Shown one piece after another: positions 30,093-39,577 of a stretch of 64,000 nucleotides of DNA. The notes under the pieces are model-generated. The model was not told the DNA's origin and did no database searches. It worked only from the letters and a program-made list of their open reading frames with translations. The position numbers and the translations under genes are program-made. Numbering within the stretch: position 1 is the first letter of the stretch; each line of letters begins with the position of its first letter. The DNA is from an uncultured Gammaproteobacteria bacterium. GTDB lineage: Bacteria; Pseudomonadota; Gammaproteobacteria; JASBUN01. The stretch covers positions 19,416 through 83,415 of the forward strand of contig CAWKIK010000002.1 of assembly GCA_963849825.1 (NCBI GenBank), in the 5' to 3' direction.

Positions 30093-30881
30093 TCAGAGCA
30101 GCGACGGTACCCGGCTGTCGACGTAGAGTTTGCGTTCAGTGGGCGGGATGTACATCTCTTGATAGTACATGGGCGTATCGTCGCCGGCGTATGCGGTGCA
30201 CTCCACCAGCATACCGGTGGTGCCGCGGGGAACCTGGATTGCTTTGCAGACGTAAGCGGGAAGTTCCAGTTGGCGCATCTGCTCCTTGAGTGCGGTAAGG
30301 GGCCGGCCGGCACTGCGTACGATGAGCACTTTCAGGTTCGCCCCCATCAGATTGTCCAGCGGGATTTTCATGAATTCCGGAAAGCGATCGGCGAGAACGA
30401 AAAATCGGCTGTAAACATCGAATTCGTTGTTGATGACCATGCGCCGGTCGATACGGATGACATTCTGATCGCCTTGCCGCAGGGGTCCCGACCACGCGCC
30501 ACGCCGGTGAGTCAGAGTGCGGTCGAGCACTACCGCGTAAACCGGCAGAAACGATTTTCCGTCGCTGCTCAGAAAACGGCAATGCCACGGACTTTCGAGT
30601 TGGTGGCGCGAATCCGCAACGACGGTCCCGTAACCGCGCCGCCGCTGCACCAATCCCTGCTCGACCAACTCGCGCAATGCCCGTTGCACGGTGCCGAGAC
30701 TGTAGGGCGTGTGTGCGGCGAGTTGCGCTTCGGTCGGGAGCTTTGAACCGGGGGGCCAGTAGCCTTCGCTGATGGCCGCAGCCAGCGCATCACGCAACAA
30801 TATGTACTTGGGGCCGGGCCCCTCGGACGGGCGCCCGGCCAGGAACTGCATGCCTTGCAAGTTCATATCTTCCGAAGCCAT
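30093..30881 (-). CDS. GntR-family transcriptional regulator, HutC subfamily (UTRA effector domain)
   Basis: N-terminal winged HTH (LPTEAQLAAHTPYSLGTVQRALRELVEQGLVQRRRGYGTVV) and a C-terminal UTRA-like domain. The first ATG (MASEDM) is used; the tool ORF starts at an upstream TTG. Confidence 0.8.
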   Translation of the reverse strand: MASEDMNLQGMQFLAGRPSEGPGPKYILLRDALAAAISEGYWPPGSKLPTEAQLAAHTPYSLGTVQRALRELVEQGLVQRRRGYGTVVADSRHQLESPWHCRFLSSDGKSFLPVYAVVLDRTLTHRRGAWSGPLRQGDQNVIRIDRRMVINNEFDVYSRFFVLADRFPEFMKIPLDNLMGANLKVLIVRSAGRPLTALKEQMRQLELPAYVCKAIQVPRGTTGMLVECTAYAGDDTPMYYQEMYIPPTERKLYVDSRVPSLL

Positions 30882-30937
30882 CGCAGCGATGTATTCCTTG
30901 ACAGCCAATGGATGATTGGGTATCTCTTAGCCCTGAG

Positions 30938-30974
30938 ATTACTACATAGTAATGGATTATTACTATAAAGTAAT
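30938..30974. promoter_or_regulatory. pair of AT-rich palindromic operator-like sites in the GntR/sulfatase divergent promoter
   Basis: ATTACTA-CA-TAGTAAT (30938-30953) and ATTACT-ATAA-AGTAAT (30959-30974) have centres 21 bp apart. The GTA..TAC core is compatible with GntR-family operators. Confidence 0.55.
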
Positions 30975-30989
30975 CTTGCTGGAGCCCAA

Positions 30990-32465
30990 ATGCCGAACCG
31001 CAATGCCCGCACGCCGATGAACCTGCTCATTCTGATGTCGGATGAGCACAGTCGCAAAATGAGCGGCTGTTACGGCCATCCGTTGGTGCGGACCCCGAAT
31101 CTGGACCGTTTGGCGGCCGGCGGGGTGCGATTCGACAGCGCCTATACCACGGTGCCCGTATGCGTGCCCGCTCGCGCGGCATTCGCCGTCGGAAAATACA
31201 ATCACCAGATCGGCTTCTGGGACAACGCCGACCCGTACGACGGCTCGGTGAGGAGTTGGCATCATGAACTTCGCGAGCGCGGACATCACGTGGTTTCCAT
31301 CGGCAAGTTGCACTTTCGCTCGCGCGAAGACGACAACGGCTTCAGTGAGGAGTTGTTGTCGATGCACGTGCTCAACGGCAAAGGCGATCTGCTGGGCTTG
31401 ATCCGCGACGAGCTGCCGGTACGCGACAAATCCTGGAAAATGGCGCGACTCGCAGGCCCGGGTGAAACCCCCTATACCTACTATGATCGTGAAGTGACCG
31501 CCCGCGCCCAGACCTGGTTGCGCGAAGAGGCGCCCAAGCATCGGGAAAAACCCTGGGTCCTGCTCGTATCCCTGGTAGCGCCGCATTTTCCTCTGACCGC
31601 TCCGCCTGAATATTATTATCGCTATTATACGGACCCGGATCTGCCCATGCCCAAGCTGTATGCAAAATCGGATCGGCCGGATCATCCCTTTGTGCGCGAT
31701 TATGCATCGGCGTTCGGATACGACGAGCATTTTCAAAACGAGGATGCGGTGCGCCGCGCGGTTGCCGGTTACATGGGACTGTGTTCGTTCATGGACGAGC
31801 AAATGGGCAAGATCCTGCAGACGCTCGAGGACTCGGATCTGACCCAAAACACCCGGGTCCTCTACACCAGCGATCATGGTGACAATCTCGGCGCGCGCGG
31901 TCTGTGGGGCAAGTCGACACTGTATGAGGAAGCGGCCGGCGTTCCGTTGCTGATCGCCGGACCCGACATATCCCGCGGTACGAGTTGCGCGACGCCGGTC
32001 AGTCATGTGGACGTTTATCCGTTCATTCTCGATGCAGTGGGTGAAACCGACCCAGAGCTGATGCAAGACCATCCGGGTCATTCGCTATTCGATCTGGCAG
32101 AAGGCGTGAGGCCGCAACGCAGCGTCTTGTGCGAATACCACGGCATGGGTTCGAGGCACGGCGCGTTCATGCTGCGTTTTGATCACTACAAATACGTGTA
32201 CTACGTCGGCTATGCGCCGCAGCTGTTCGATCTGCAGCGCGATCCGGAGGAATTGCAGGACTTGGCCGGCGATCCGGCCTACAACAGCATACTCGAACAA
32301 GGAGAGCGCCGATTGCGCTCGATCTGCGATCCGGAGCAGGTGGATGCCCGCGCCAAGCAGCGCCAGCAGCAGCTGTTGGCCTTGAACGGCGGACGGGCGG
32401 CAGCGCTGGCCCTCGGTGATCTCGGTTTCACGCCACCGCCGGTACGGGTTCAAATCGATTCGTGA
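30990..32465 (+). CDS. sulfatase, choline-sulfatase (BetC)-like
   Basis: CVPARAAF is the C-x-P-x-R formylglycine motif. LILMSDEH, YTSDHGDNLGARGLWGKS and KYVYYVGYAPQLFDLQRDPEELQDLA are collinear with BetC-type sulfatases. GGAG RBS before ATG 30990. Confidence 0.8.
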   Translation: MPNRNARTPMNLLILMSDEHSRKMSGCYGHPLVRTPNLDRLAAGGVRFDSAYTTVPVCVPARAAFAVGKYNHQIGFWDNADPYDGSVRSWHHELRERGHHVVSIGKLHFRSREDDNGFSEELLSMHVLNGKGDLLGLIRDELPVRDKSWKMARLAGPGETPYTYYDREVTARAQTWLREEAPKHREKPWVLLVSLVAPHFPLTAPPEYYYRYYTDPDLPMPKLYAKSDRPDHPFVRDYASAFGYDEHFQNEDAVRRAVAGYMGLCSFMDEQMGKILQTLEDSDLTQNTRVLYTSDHGDNLGARGLWGKSTLYEEAAGVPLLIAGPDISRGTSCATPVSHVDVYPFILDAVGETDPELMQDHPGHSLFDLAEGVRPQRSVLCEYHGMGSRHGAFMLRFDHYKYVYYVGYAPQLFDLQRDPEELQDLAGDPAYNSILEQGERRLRSICDPEQVDARAKQRQQQLLALNGGRAAALALGDLGFTPPPVRVQIDS

Positions 32466-32555
32466 ATGTTTTCCGGAGGCAGCATCGCTCCGGACGCTCC
32501 GGCAGATCAACTGCCGGTCAATAAGAAGGTAAGCATCAATACACGAGGAGGAGTC

Positions 32556-33560
32556 ATGAAAAAATCCAGAGTGCTCGCTGTCCTGCTGGGCGCGATATTG
32601 GCAATTCCGGGTTTGGCGCAAGCGGACCGCTATCGCCTGTCGATATCGACCTGGGGCAGCCCGAAACACCCGCAAGTCACGCAGTTCGTGCCCACATTCG
32701 TGAAACTGGTAGAGGAGCGCAGCAACGGCCAGATCAAATTCCGCGTCTTCGAAGGCGGCGAAATGGTCAAGCAGCAATTCGTCGCCACTGCGGTGCCTCA
32801 GGGGACCGTGGATATTTCGCTGACCACGCTGGACAATTGGTCCGGACGCATCTCGGATGTTTCCATTCTCACCAGCCCCTTGTGGACCTGGTCGATGCAG
32901 CGCTCGCGCGATGAGTTGGTGCCGGGCAAACCTGTGTATGATCATTTCAATGACGAGCTGAAAAAGCAGGGCGCGATGATGATTGCGATGTTCGACATCG
33001 GGCCCCCCGTGCTATCGACCAATTTCGAATGCAAAGTACCCTCCGACCTCAAGGGCAAGACCATGCGCGTCTATTCCAAAGGTGCTGGCGAAGTGATGCA
33101 GGCTCTGGGTGCTGCGCCGGTCACCATGGGCGTGGGCGACGTTTATTCGGCTCTGCAGCGCGGCACGGTCGACGGCGCGATGGGTGGCCTCGGCGGCGCG
33201 GTGGGCTTGAAGCATTACGAAGTAACCAAGCACATGTTCGCGCCCATGGGCGCGTTGGGGACACTGATTCACGCCTACGTGATGAACGTCGACAAATTCA
33301 ATTCCTTGCCCGAAGACCTGCAGAAGGTCGTCATGCAGTCGGCGTTGGACGCCCGCAATCAGGCGCAGCAGTACATGATCGACAGCTACGACGAGTTGCT
33401 GGACAAAGTACGCAAGCACGGCAACAACGTGGTCAAGCTGGAGCAGGGCAGTGAGCGCTGGGACAAGTGGCGCGAGGCGCTGGACCCGCTCGCCAAGGAA
33501 GCCCGCGAAACCTACCCGCCGGAACTGGTGAAAATGGTGACCAGCAAAGGCGGTTCCTGA
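32556..33560 (+). CDS. dctP: TRAP transporter substrate-binding protein (DctP family)
   Basis: Signal peptide MKKSRVLAVLLGAILAIPGLAQA and a DctP-like fold. GAGGAGGAG RBS before ATG 32556. Confidence 0.85.
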   Translation: MKKSRVLAVLLGAILAIPGLAQADRYRLSISTWGSPKHPQVTQFVPTFVKLVEERSNGQIKFRVFEGGEMVKQQFVATAVPQGTVDISLTTLDNWSGRISDVSILTSPLWTWSMQRSRDELVPGKPVYDHFNDELKKQGAMMIAMFDIGPPVLSTNFECKVPSDLKGKTMRVYSKGAGEVMQALGAAPVTMGVGDVYSALQRGTVDGAMGGLGGAVGLKHYEVTKHMFAPMGALGTLIHAYVMNVDKFNSLPEDLQKVVMQSALDARNQAQQYMIDSYDELLDKVRKHGNNVVKLEQGSERWDKWREALDPLAKEARETYPPELVKMVTSKGGS

Positions 33561-33584
33561 GATTTAGCCGAGCGGGAACAGTCG

Positions 33585-34100
33585 ATGAAGCGTTGGTTGA
33601 CCACAGGCTGCGCGTCGTTGTGCCGCGGTATGACGACGGTATCCATGGCGGTGCTGTTGATGTTGGCGTTGCCGATCACCTACGACGCCACAGCCCGAGC
33701 CTTCGGTCATCCCACCATCTGGGTATTCGAGGTATCCGTGTATGCGCTGATCGCGGCGGGGTTTCTGGCGAACCCCGTCGCCCTGCGTACGGGAGCGCAT
33801 TTTCGAGTCACCATTCTGCACAAGCTGTTTCCTCGCCTGCGTCGGGCGCTGGACGTGTTCGCGTTGTTGATGACGTTGTTGTTCTCGATGTTGCTGATCG
33901 GCACGGGCTTTTATTTCGTCTGGTACGCGTGGCACAACCACATCCTGTCCGCCACCATGCTCGAGGTGCCGCTGTGGATTCCCCAACTCGCCCTTCCCAT
34001 CGGCGGCGTCGGATTGTTCCTGCAGACGCTTGCGTTGCTGCTCAGCGGCCAGTCCCCCGGCGAAGAAGAAGACGTCGCCGCCGAGTCGATCGGAGACTGA
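33585..34100 (+). CDS. dctQ: TRAP transporter small permease (DctQ family)
   Basis: 171-aa four-TM protein between dctP and dctM. Confidence 0.8.
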   Translation: MKRWLTTGCASLCRGMTTVSMAVLLMLALPITYDATARAFGHPTIWVFEVSVYALIAAGFLANPVALRTGAHFRVTILHKLFPRLRRALDVFALLMTLLFSMLLIGTGFYFVWYAWHNHILSATMLEVPLWIPQLALPIGGVGLFLQTLALLLSGQSPGEEEDVAAESIGD

Positions 34101-34109
34101 GCGCTTCTT

Positions 34110-35396
34110 ATGGACTTCATATTCGACTACGCCGGTTATATTGCCATCGGCTTGCTGTTTTTATTCATGGTACTGGGCGTGCCGGTGTTCGTGTCCATGG
34201 CGCTGTCGGCGTTTTTTGCAGCACTCGCCTTGGATCCTGCGGAACTGGTGTTTCGCAGTTTCGTACAGACCACCTGGCAGAGCGCATCGATCTTTGAGTT
34301 GGTCGCATTGCCGATGTTCGTATTCACGGGCACCATCATGCAGCAGACCGATGCCGGGCGCGATTTGTTCGCGGTGACCAAGGCATGGGTCGGTGCACTT
34401 TCCAACTCCCTCGGTGTCGCGACCATCGTCGCGTGCGGTATATTCGCCGCCATCAGCGGTTCGAGTATCGCCACCGCTGCGACTTTGGGCCTCGTGGCCA
34501 TCCCGTTGCTGGTGGAAGAAGGCTACGGCGAAAGGCGCGCCAGCGGTTTCGTTGCCGGCGGCGGTACGCTCGGTATCATCATTCCGCCCTCGATTCCGCT
34601 GATCCTCTACGGTGTCGTGACCGAGACCTCGATCGGCCAATTGTTTATTGCCGGCATCGTACCCGGTCTGCTGATGCTGAGCTTGTTCGCCATCTATGTG
34701 TGGTTGAGCCGCCCGCGGGTCGTGGTCGAACATCACATCAGCAGCGCCGAACGTTGGCAGATCACCCGCAACTCCGTCGGTGTGCTGCTGTTGCCGGTCG
34801 CCATCATCACGGCCATTTATACCGGTGTGTTCACGCCCACCGAAGTCGGAGCGTTGTCCGTGGTATACGTCGCCGTCCTGGGCGTACTGCAGCGGCGATT
34901 GACCTGGGCGAAGCTTATGAAAGCCACGCGCCTGGCGACCACCACCACCGGCATGTTATTCATGCTGATCGTGTTCGGGCAGTACTTCGCGCATTTTTTG
35001 ACGTTCGAACAAATTCCCCAGGCCATCGCCGATGCGATCGTCGCCAATGCTGGCGGTGTGTTTGCAGTGACGCTGATGATCCTGACCTACCTGGTGCTGG
35101 GCATGTTTCTCGAGAGTGCGGCGATGCTGCTGATCTCGATCCCCATCTTTTTCCCGGTTGCCGAAGCGGCCGGTATGCATCCACTGACCTTCGGCATTTT
35201 TGCCTGTATCGCCATGGAGATCGCACAGATCTCGCCGCCGGTGGGCGTAAACCTGTTCACCATCCACGGTATATCGCGTATCCCGCTGTGGACCATCGCC
35301 AAGGGCGCGCTGCCGTTTCTGCTGATCCAGATCATGATGTTGTATTTGGTGTATTTCTTCGGAGGGCTCACCACATGGCTGCCGCACACCATGTGA
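34110..35396 (+). CDS. dctM: TRAP transporter large permease (DctM family)
   Basis: 428-aa 12-TM protein with the conserved DctM N-terminus MDFIFDYAGYIAIGLLFLFMVLGVPVF. Confidence 0.88.
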   Translation: MDFIFDYAGYIAIGLLFLFMVLGVPVFVSMALSAFFAALALDPAELVFRSFVQTTWQSASIFELVALPMFVFTGTIMQQTDAGRDLFAVTKAWVGALSNSLGVATIVACGIFAAISGSSIATAATLGLVAIPLLVEEGYGERRASGFVAGGGTLGIIIPPSIPLILYGVVTETSIGQLFIAGIVPGLLMLSLFAIYVWLSRPRVVVEHHISSAERWQITRNSVGVLLLPVAIITAIYTGVFTPTEVGALSVVYVAVLGVLQRRLTWAKLMKATRLATTTTGMLFMLIVFGQYFAHFLTFEQIPQAIADAIVANAGGVFAVTLMILTYLVLGMFLESAAMLLISIPIFFPVAEAAGMHPLTFGIFACIAMEIAQISPPVGVNLFTIHGISRIPLWTIAKGALPFLLIQIMMLYLVYFFGGLTTWLPHTM

Positions 35397-35427
35397 GCAA
35401 CCGATATCCAACGGGAGTTGAACGAGC

Positions 35428-36675
35428 ATGAAACTGACCGATTATGAACAGGCCATGTTGGCGGGCGACATGGGTGAGCCGCGACGCATTGCCTTGCAGC
35501 AGCAAGTCGAAGTAGGGCGCTTCTTCGATGCCGAAGACTTTGTCGAAGTGGACCAGGCGCACATCATGGGCGATACCGAGTCCCTTGGCGAAGCGGGTGT
35601 CGCGTTCCTGGAGCGTTTGGCGTCGTTTCCGGAACAGGAACGTCAGGTCATGGTGCCCACCATTACCGATCCGCGCGGCATCGACCAGTGCCGCTATAAA
35701 ATGCTCAAACAACGCGACGAATGGGCGATCCTGGAATTGCGCGCCGTCGACGCCATGCGCAAGATCGGCATTCTGATGACCGACACCTGCATCAATTATC
35801 AAACCATCCAGGCGCCGGTGTTCGGCCAGCACCTGGCGTTCGGCGATACCGGGGTGGTGATCTATTCCAACAGCGTCTGCGGCGCGCGTAGCAATTTCGA
35901 AGGTGGGCCGGCAGCACTTTCGGCCGCGTTGACCGGGCGCACGCCGCGCTACGGCTACCATCTGGATCGACATCGGCGCGGCACGCACCTGTTCCAGATC
36001 GACTTCCAGCCCCAGAATCTGACCGAATGGGGTGCGCTCGGCGCCTTGGTCGGCCGCTCTAGCGGTTCCTACTGGACCGTGCCTGTGCTGACCGGCCTCA
36101 ATGGCGAAGCGGATTCCGATGCGCTAAAGCATTTCGGCGCTGCGATGGCGAGCTACGGTTCGGTGCCCATGTTCCACATCGAAGGCATTACGCCGGAAGC
36201 GAACGATCTCCAAACGGTGTTTGACGGTCCGCCGCCCGCCGCGCAGCGCGTAACACGAAAGGACTTGGACGAGTTCTACCGCTCCTTCGGCCGTCATGAC
36301 GACCGCGTCGATGTGGTGGTGTTCGCCGCACCGCAGTTGTCGCTGATTGAGATGCGCAGAGTCGCGGAGTTGCTGAAAGGGCGCAAAGTGCACAAAGACA
36401 CCGCACTGATGGTGGCGACCTCCCCGGAAAACAAATCCGCGTGCGATCGCATGGGCATCACGGAAACCATCGAACAGTCGGGCGGCGTGGTGTTGAGCGG
36501 GGTTTGTTTTTACCAGATGTATGCGCGCGAGACCGGCGAGGCAAACCATTGGAAGCGTTTGCTCAGCAACTCGGCGAAGCTGGTCAACATCATCGGCGGC
36601 TACGGTTACGATCCCGTGCTTGCGCCCATGGAAGCCTGCGTCGAAGCCGCCGTAAACGGGAGGATGGGATCATGA
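35428..36675 (+). CDS. aconitase X catalytic (large) subunit, AcnX type IIa (DUF521)
   Basis: N-terminus MKLTDYEQAMLAGDMGE is characteristic of AcnX large subunits (cis-3-hydroxy-L-proline dehydratase and mevalonate-5-phosphate dehydratase family). 415 aa. Confidence 0.75.
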   Translation: MKLTDYEQAMLAGDMGEPRRIALQQQVEVGRFFDAEDFVEVDQAHIMGDTESLGEAGVAFLERLASFPEQERQVMVPTITDPRGIDQCRYKMLKQRDEWAILELRAVDAMRKIGILMTDTCINYQTIQAPVFGQHLAFGDTGVVIYSNSVCGARSNFEGGPAALSAALTGRTPRYGYHLDRHRRGTHLFQIDFQPQNLTEWGALGALVGRSSGSYWTVPVLTGLNGEADSDALKHFGAAMASYGSVPMFHIEGITPEANDLQTVFDGPPPAAQRVTRKDLDEFYRSFGRHDDRVDVVVFAAPQLSLIEMRRVAELLKGRKVHKDTALMVATSPENKSACDRMGITETIEQSGGVVLSGVCFYQMYARETGEANHWKRLLSNSAKLVNIIGGYGYDPVLAPMEACVEAAVNGRMGS

Positions 36676-37085
36676 GCGACAGCGTCTATCGAGGACACGT
36701 GGGCATCGGCGAAAAGGTCAGCGGCGTGGCGTTAGTGGCGAAGGACAATTTCAGTGCGCGCTACGATCTCGATCGGATCAAAGGCATATTTTCCCGCGAA
36801 GCCCATAAGCTTCACGGTCAAAGCTACGTCGGCACGATCCTGGTGCTGAACACCGCCAAAGGCGGCGTCGCCACCGCGTGGATGCTGCACGAAATGAAAT
36901 CCCGGGACATGGCGCCGGCCGCGCTGGTGCTCAACAGCGCCAACCCCATCATGGCCCAGGGTGCGGCATTGGCCGCGCTACCCTTCGTGGACCGGTTTGA
37001 AAGCGATATCACCGACGTCATCAAAACTGGCGACCGCGTCACTGTGGACCCCCAAGCCGGGACGGTTACGGTACATCAAGATTGA
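36672..37085 (+). CDS. aconitase X swivel-domain (small) subunit (DUF126)
   Basis: 137 aa with VYRGHVGIGEKVSGVALV...GTILVLNTAKGG. 4-nt overlap with the large-subunit stop. Confidence 0.7.
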   Translation: MSDSVYRGHVGIGEKVSGVALVAKDNFSARYDLDRIKGIFSREAHKLHGQSYVGTILVLNTAKGGVATAWMLHEMKSRDMAPAALVLNSANPIMAQGAALAALPFVDRFESDITDVIKTGDRVTVDPQAGTVTVHQD

Positions 37086-37172
37086 CCACGAACGTCATTC
37101 GACAGACGGTTGCGGTGCATCGCGTTAAAACCCACGATCCCCCCTTGCGCGATTCTCCACGCAAAAATTTGG

Positions 37173-37197
37173 CCCCGGCCTTGTGCCGGGGTTGTTT
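37173..37197 (+). terminator. rho-independent terminator after the acnX operon
   Basis: Hairpin CCCCGGC-cttgt-GCCGGGG followed by TTGTTT, 88 bp after the acnX small-subunit stop. Confidence 0.5.
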
Positions 37198-37673
37198 GAC
37201 CTGCGAAAGTCACCGAACGCCAATTCTCATTGGCGCGAGCTCAATCCCCCTGCAACGCGGATATTGCCGCTGCACGGACAGGCCTTTGGGCGCAACACGT
37301 CGATAACGGCCCAAACAACCGACGCCGCGCTCCGAACGGCATGGCAGACCCGTCGCACCATCACGCCATTTAATGCCCTCTTGTGCGAACCGTAGGCAAG
37401 GTCGGTTCGATATTGAGTCGCCGGACGCGCGTTGTAGTCGTCCGGCTAAACCAGGTGAACTGTTTTGGCTGGGCTTTCGGAAGGGGCTTGTTCGGGATCG
37501 GAGCAGGTAACCCCAGCGTAGCGGCTGGTGCCGTGAGTCGAGCGGAAAATTCGAAATTCACGGCATCCGGTTTCCTTCACGATACTGACGGTCGGAACAA
37601 TCGAGCGGTCGGGACTTGGTTGCCTGAGTTGTCCCACTCGTTCGCGGATGCCAACGCAAAGCGGCCCGCAAAG

Positions 37674-37724
37674 GGCCGCTCAAGTGCTTGATTTTCTTGG
37701 TGGGCGGTGCTGGGATCGAACCAG
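37674..37724. repeat. distal direct repeat (att-like) of the tRNA-Val island
   Basis: 51 nt identical to 42491-42541 (22 nt of the tRNA-Val 3' flank plus the tRNA 3' end). Similarity extends imperfectly into the adjacent terminator-like hairpin. Confidence 0.8.
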
Positions 37725-38074
37725 GATAGGGGACCATAGGGGCTCTAAGATTCAACCACTTGCGCCGCTTGCCACCCCTCTTGGTCAGTCACAATCAGTC
37801 GAAATCAGTCATTTTTGGGCTGTCGCAGGCACATTCTTGGCACAGTGGCTGCCTCAAGTGCCCGTGAGCTTCCGGAGGAGGTCGGATAAGTACAAGTCGA
37901 GATTTGCTGCCAGGGCCCCTAGGTGGACGCTGGAATCCACCTTTCCAGTATGTACTAGCTTGCTCCTCACGGTGTAGCAATGGCCGATGAACTTGGCTGC
38001 CGGCATTCCGCTGTACTGCGCTCCTGAGAGGTATTGGACAGCCTGCCCCTTCAGGGCCTGTGAGATCGACTGCT

Positions 38075-38265
38075 TGAATCGCCCCGGGTTTTGAGGAGGC
38101 TCCAACGTCTGAGAGAATGGAGCCATGAACAAGACCAACAAGTTTTCCCCTGAGGTCCGCGAGCGTGCGGTGCGCATGGTGTCAGGAACACCGAGACACA
38201 TGGTGCGCTGGGCGGCTTGCCGCCGAGCGTCTAAGCAACCCGAAGCGCCGAAAAAACTACTATGA
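38075..38265 (+). pseudogene. IS3-family transposase OrfA remnant, N-terminal piece with candidate left inverted repeat
   Basis: TGAATCGCCCCGGGTTTTGAGG resembles an IS3-family terminal repeat (5'-TGA...). Translation MNKTNKFSPEVRERAVRMV matches the IS3 OrfA N-terminus and then degenerates, with a stop at 38263. Confidence 0.55.
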
Positions 38266-38287
38266 CCGGGCTTTGAGGGCGCGGTCA

Positions 38288-39574
38288 CTATCGCCGGACA
38301 CGAACGACGCTATGCGCTTTTATGCGCTCCGCCATGCGTAATAATTGGTTGACTGGAGTCGGCATATTTTCTCGGTAAAGACGGCCATTCACGCGGATTC
38401 GGTTCAGGTGCTGCTCAAGGTTGTCCGAGGAAAGCGGCGCCCCGAACTCTGTTCCTCTTAGCTGAGGCGGCAGAGTCCCGGATAATATCCGCCGTAGCAC
38501 TAGATCGCCGACACTGCTCTTATAATGGCCCGCCTCCCAATACCATTGCATTGGGTCGCGGTTGTTTCGGTTAGGCACGGGTTCGGTCGTAACCGGATTG
38601 TATCCGCTGAAGTCCCACAGCCGGGCGTTCGGCTCGTTGGGGTGAGCCCTGTTTTCACTCTCGACCAACATCACGACCTCGCGCTTCCATTGTTCGAACA
38701 TCGGCCAGAGTCCTGCAATGCGAATAGTCTCATTTAAGTGAGCATGGACAGGGTGGATGTACAAATAAAGTGAAATATTTCGATCGCGGCATAGTTTCAG
38801 TATCGCCTTCAGCGAAGTCATGGCGCGACTAGGCTCTAAACTTTGCGTATGAATACTCCAGGAGCCGGTAAGATAAAACTTCATATTCTCAAAGTCGCGT
38901 TGACGAAACAGATAATAGTGGCCCTGCTCTCGCACGTAACGCGCGTATTCCCGCAAGGGATTGAATCCGTCTGATTGCAATGTTGCAGCAAGGCGATCCG
39001 ACTGCTTCCATACCGTTCTCACACTTGCCGACAACGCATCGAGTGAGGCTAGGCTCGAAAACAAGTCCACGACCTGGGTGTTGAACCGCCCTGCTTTTTT
39101 TTGCCCATTCGCGTCCACGAGTAGGCGCTTCTCCCAAGCATACACGTCTGGCCTAGACGCGCCGGAACCTAAATTGAAATCCATAAAATCCAGCCCGAGA
39201 ACGACAATGCGAGGCCGCTGAACCGCAAGGGCGTGTTGTAGATACCGATATGCCGTGTACAATCCGCTACCTGGAATTCCTAAGTTGTATACCTTCCTCG
39301 AACTCGCCGGCCAGTAAATACTCGACGGATCCACGCCTATCTCGACACGCGAATTTCCGAGCGCTATCGCGTCTGCATGGGAACGCATAACACCATATGC
39401 TTTGAACATGCGAACCCGCGTACTGGCATAGGGCTTCAGCGTATTTACTCCAGATACACGCACCATCATCACGACACCGTAGGGATCGATGACAGCATTG
39501 ACAATCATCGCGAGTACAAGCCCGGCAATCATGACTGACGCCATCACTTTCAAATAGCGCGAAGTGACCGACAT
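38288..39574 (-). CDS. periplasmic/membrane-anchored protein partnered with MBOAT (AlgJ/PatB/DltD-like candidate)
   Basis: 428 aa with an N-terminal TM anchor. AIALGNSRVEIG could be an SGNH block-I-like motif. Visibly lower GC than surroundings. Ends 4 nt before the MBOAT gene. Confidence 0.5.
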   Translation of the reverse strand: MSVTSRYLKVMASVMIAGLVLAMIVNAVIDPYGVVMMVRVSGVNTLKPYASTRVRMFKAYGVMRSHADAIALGNSRVEIGVDPSSIYWPASSRKVYNLGIPGSGLYTAYRYLQHALAVQRPRIVVLGLDFMDFNLGSGASRPDVYAWEKRLLVDANGQKKAGRFNTQVVDLFSSLASLDALSASVRTVWKQSDRLAATLQSDGFNPLREYARYVREQGHYYLFRQRDFENMKFYLTGSWSIHTQSLEPSRAMTSLKAILKLCRDRNISLYLYIHPVHAHLNETIRIAGLWPMFEQWKREVVMLVESENRAHPNEPNARLWDFSGYNPVTTEPVPNRNNRDPMQWYWEAGHYKSSVGDLVLRRILSGTLPPQLRGTEFGAPLSSDNLEQHLNRIRVNGRLYRENMPTPVNQLLRMAERIKAHSVVRVRR

Positions 39575-39577
39575 AAG

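Noticed and set aside
37395-37425. GGTCGGTTCGATATTGAG: tRNA T-arm-like fragment in the 590-bp gap before the tRNA-Val island repeat
   Set aside because: It matches only GGTTCGA of a T-loop, no acceptor or anticodon arms could be built, and it is on the opposite strand to tRNA-Val. Probably chance.
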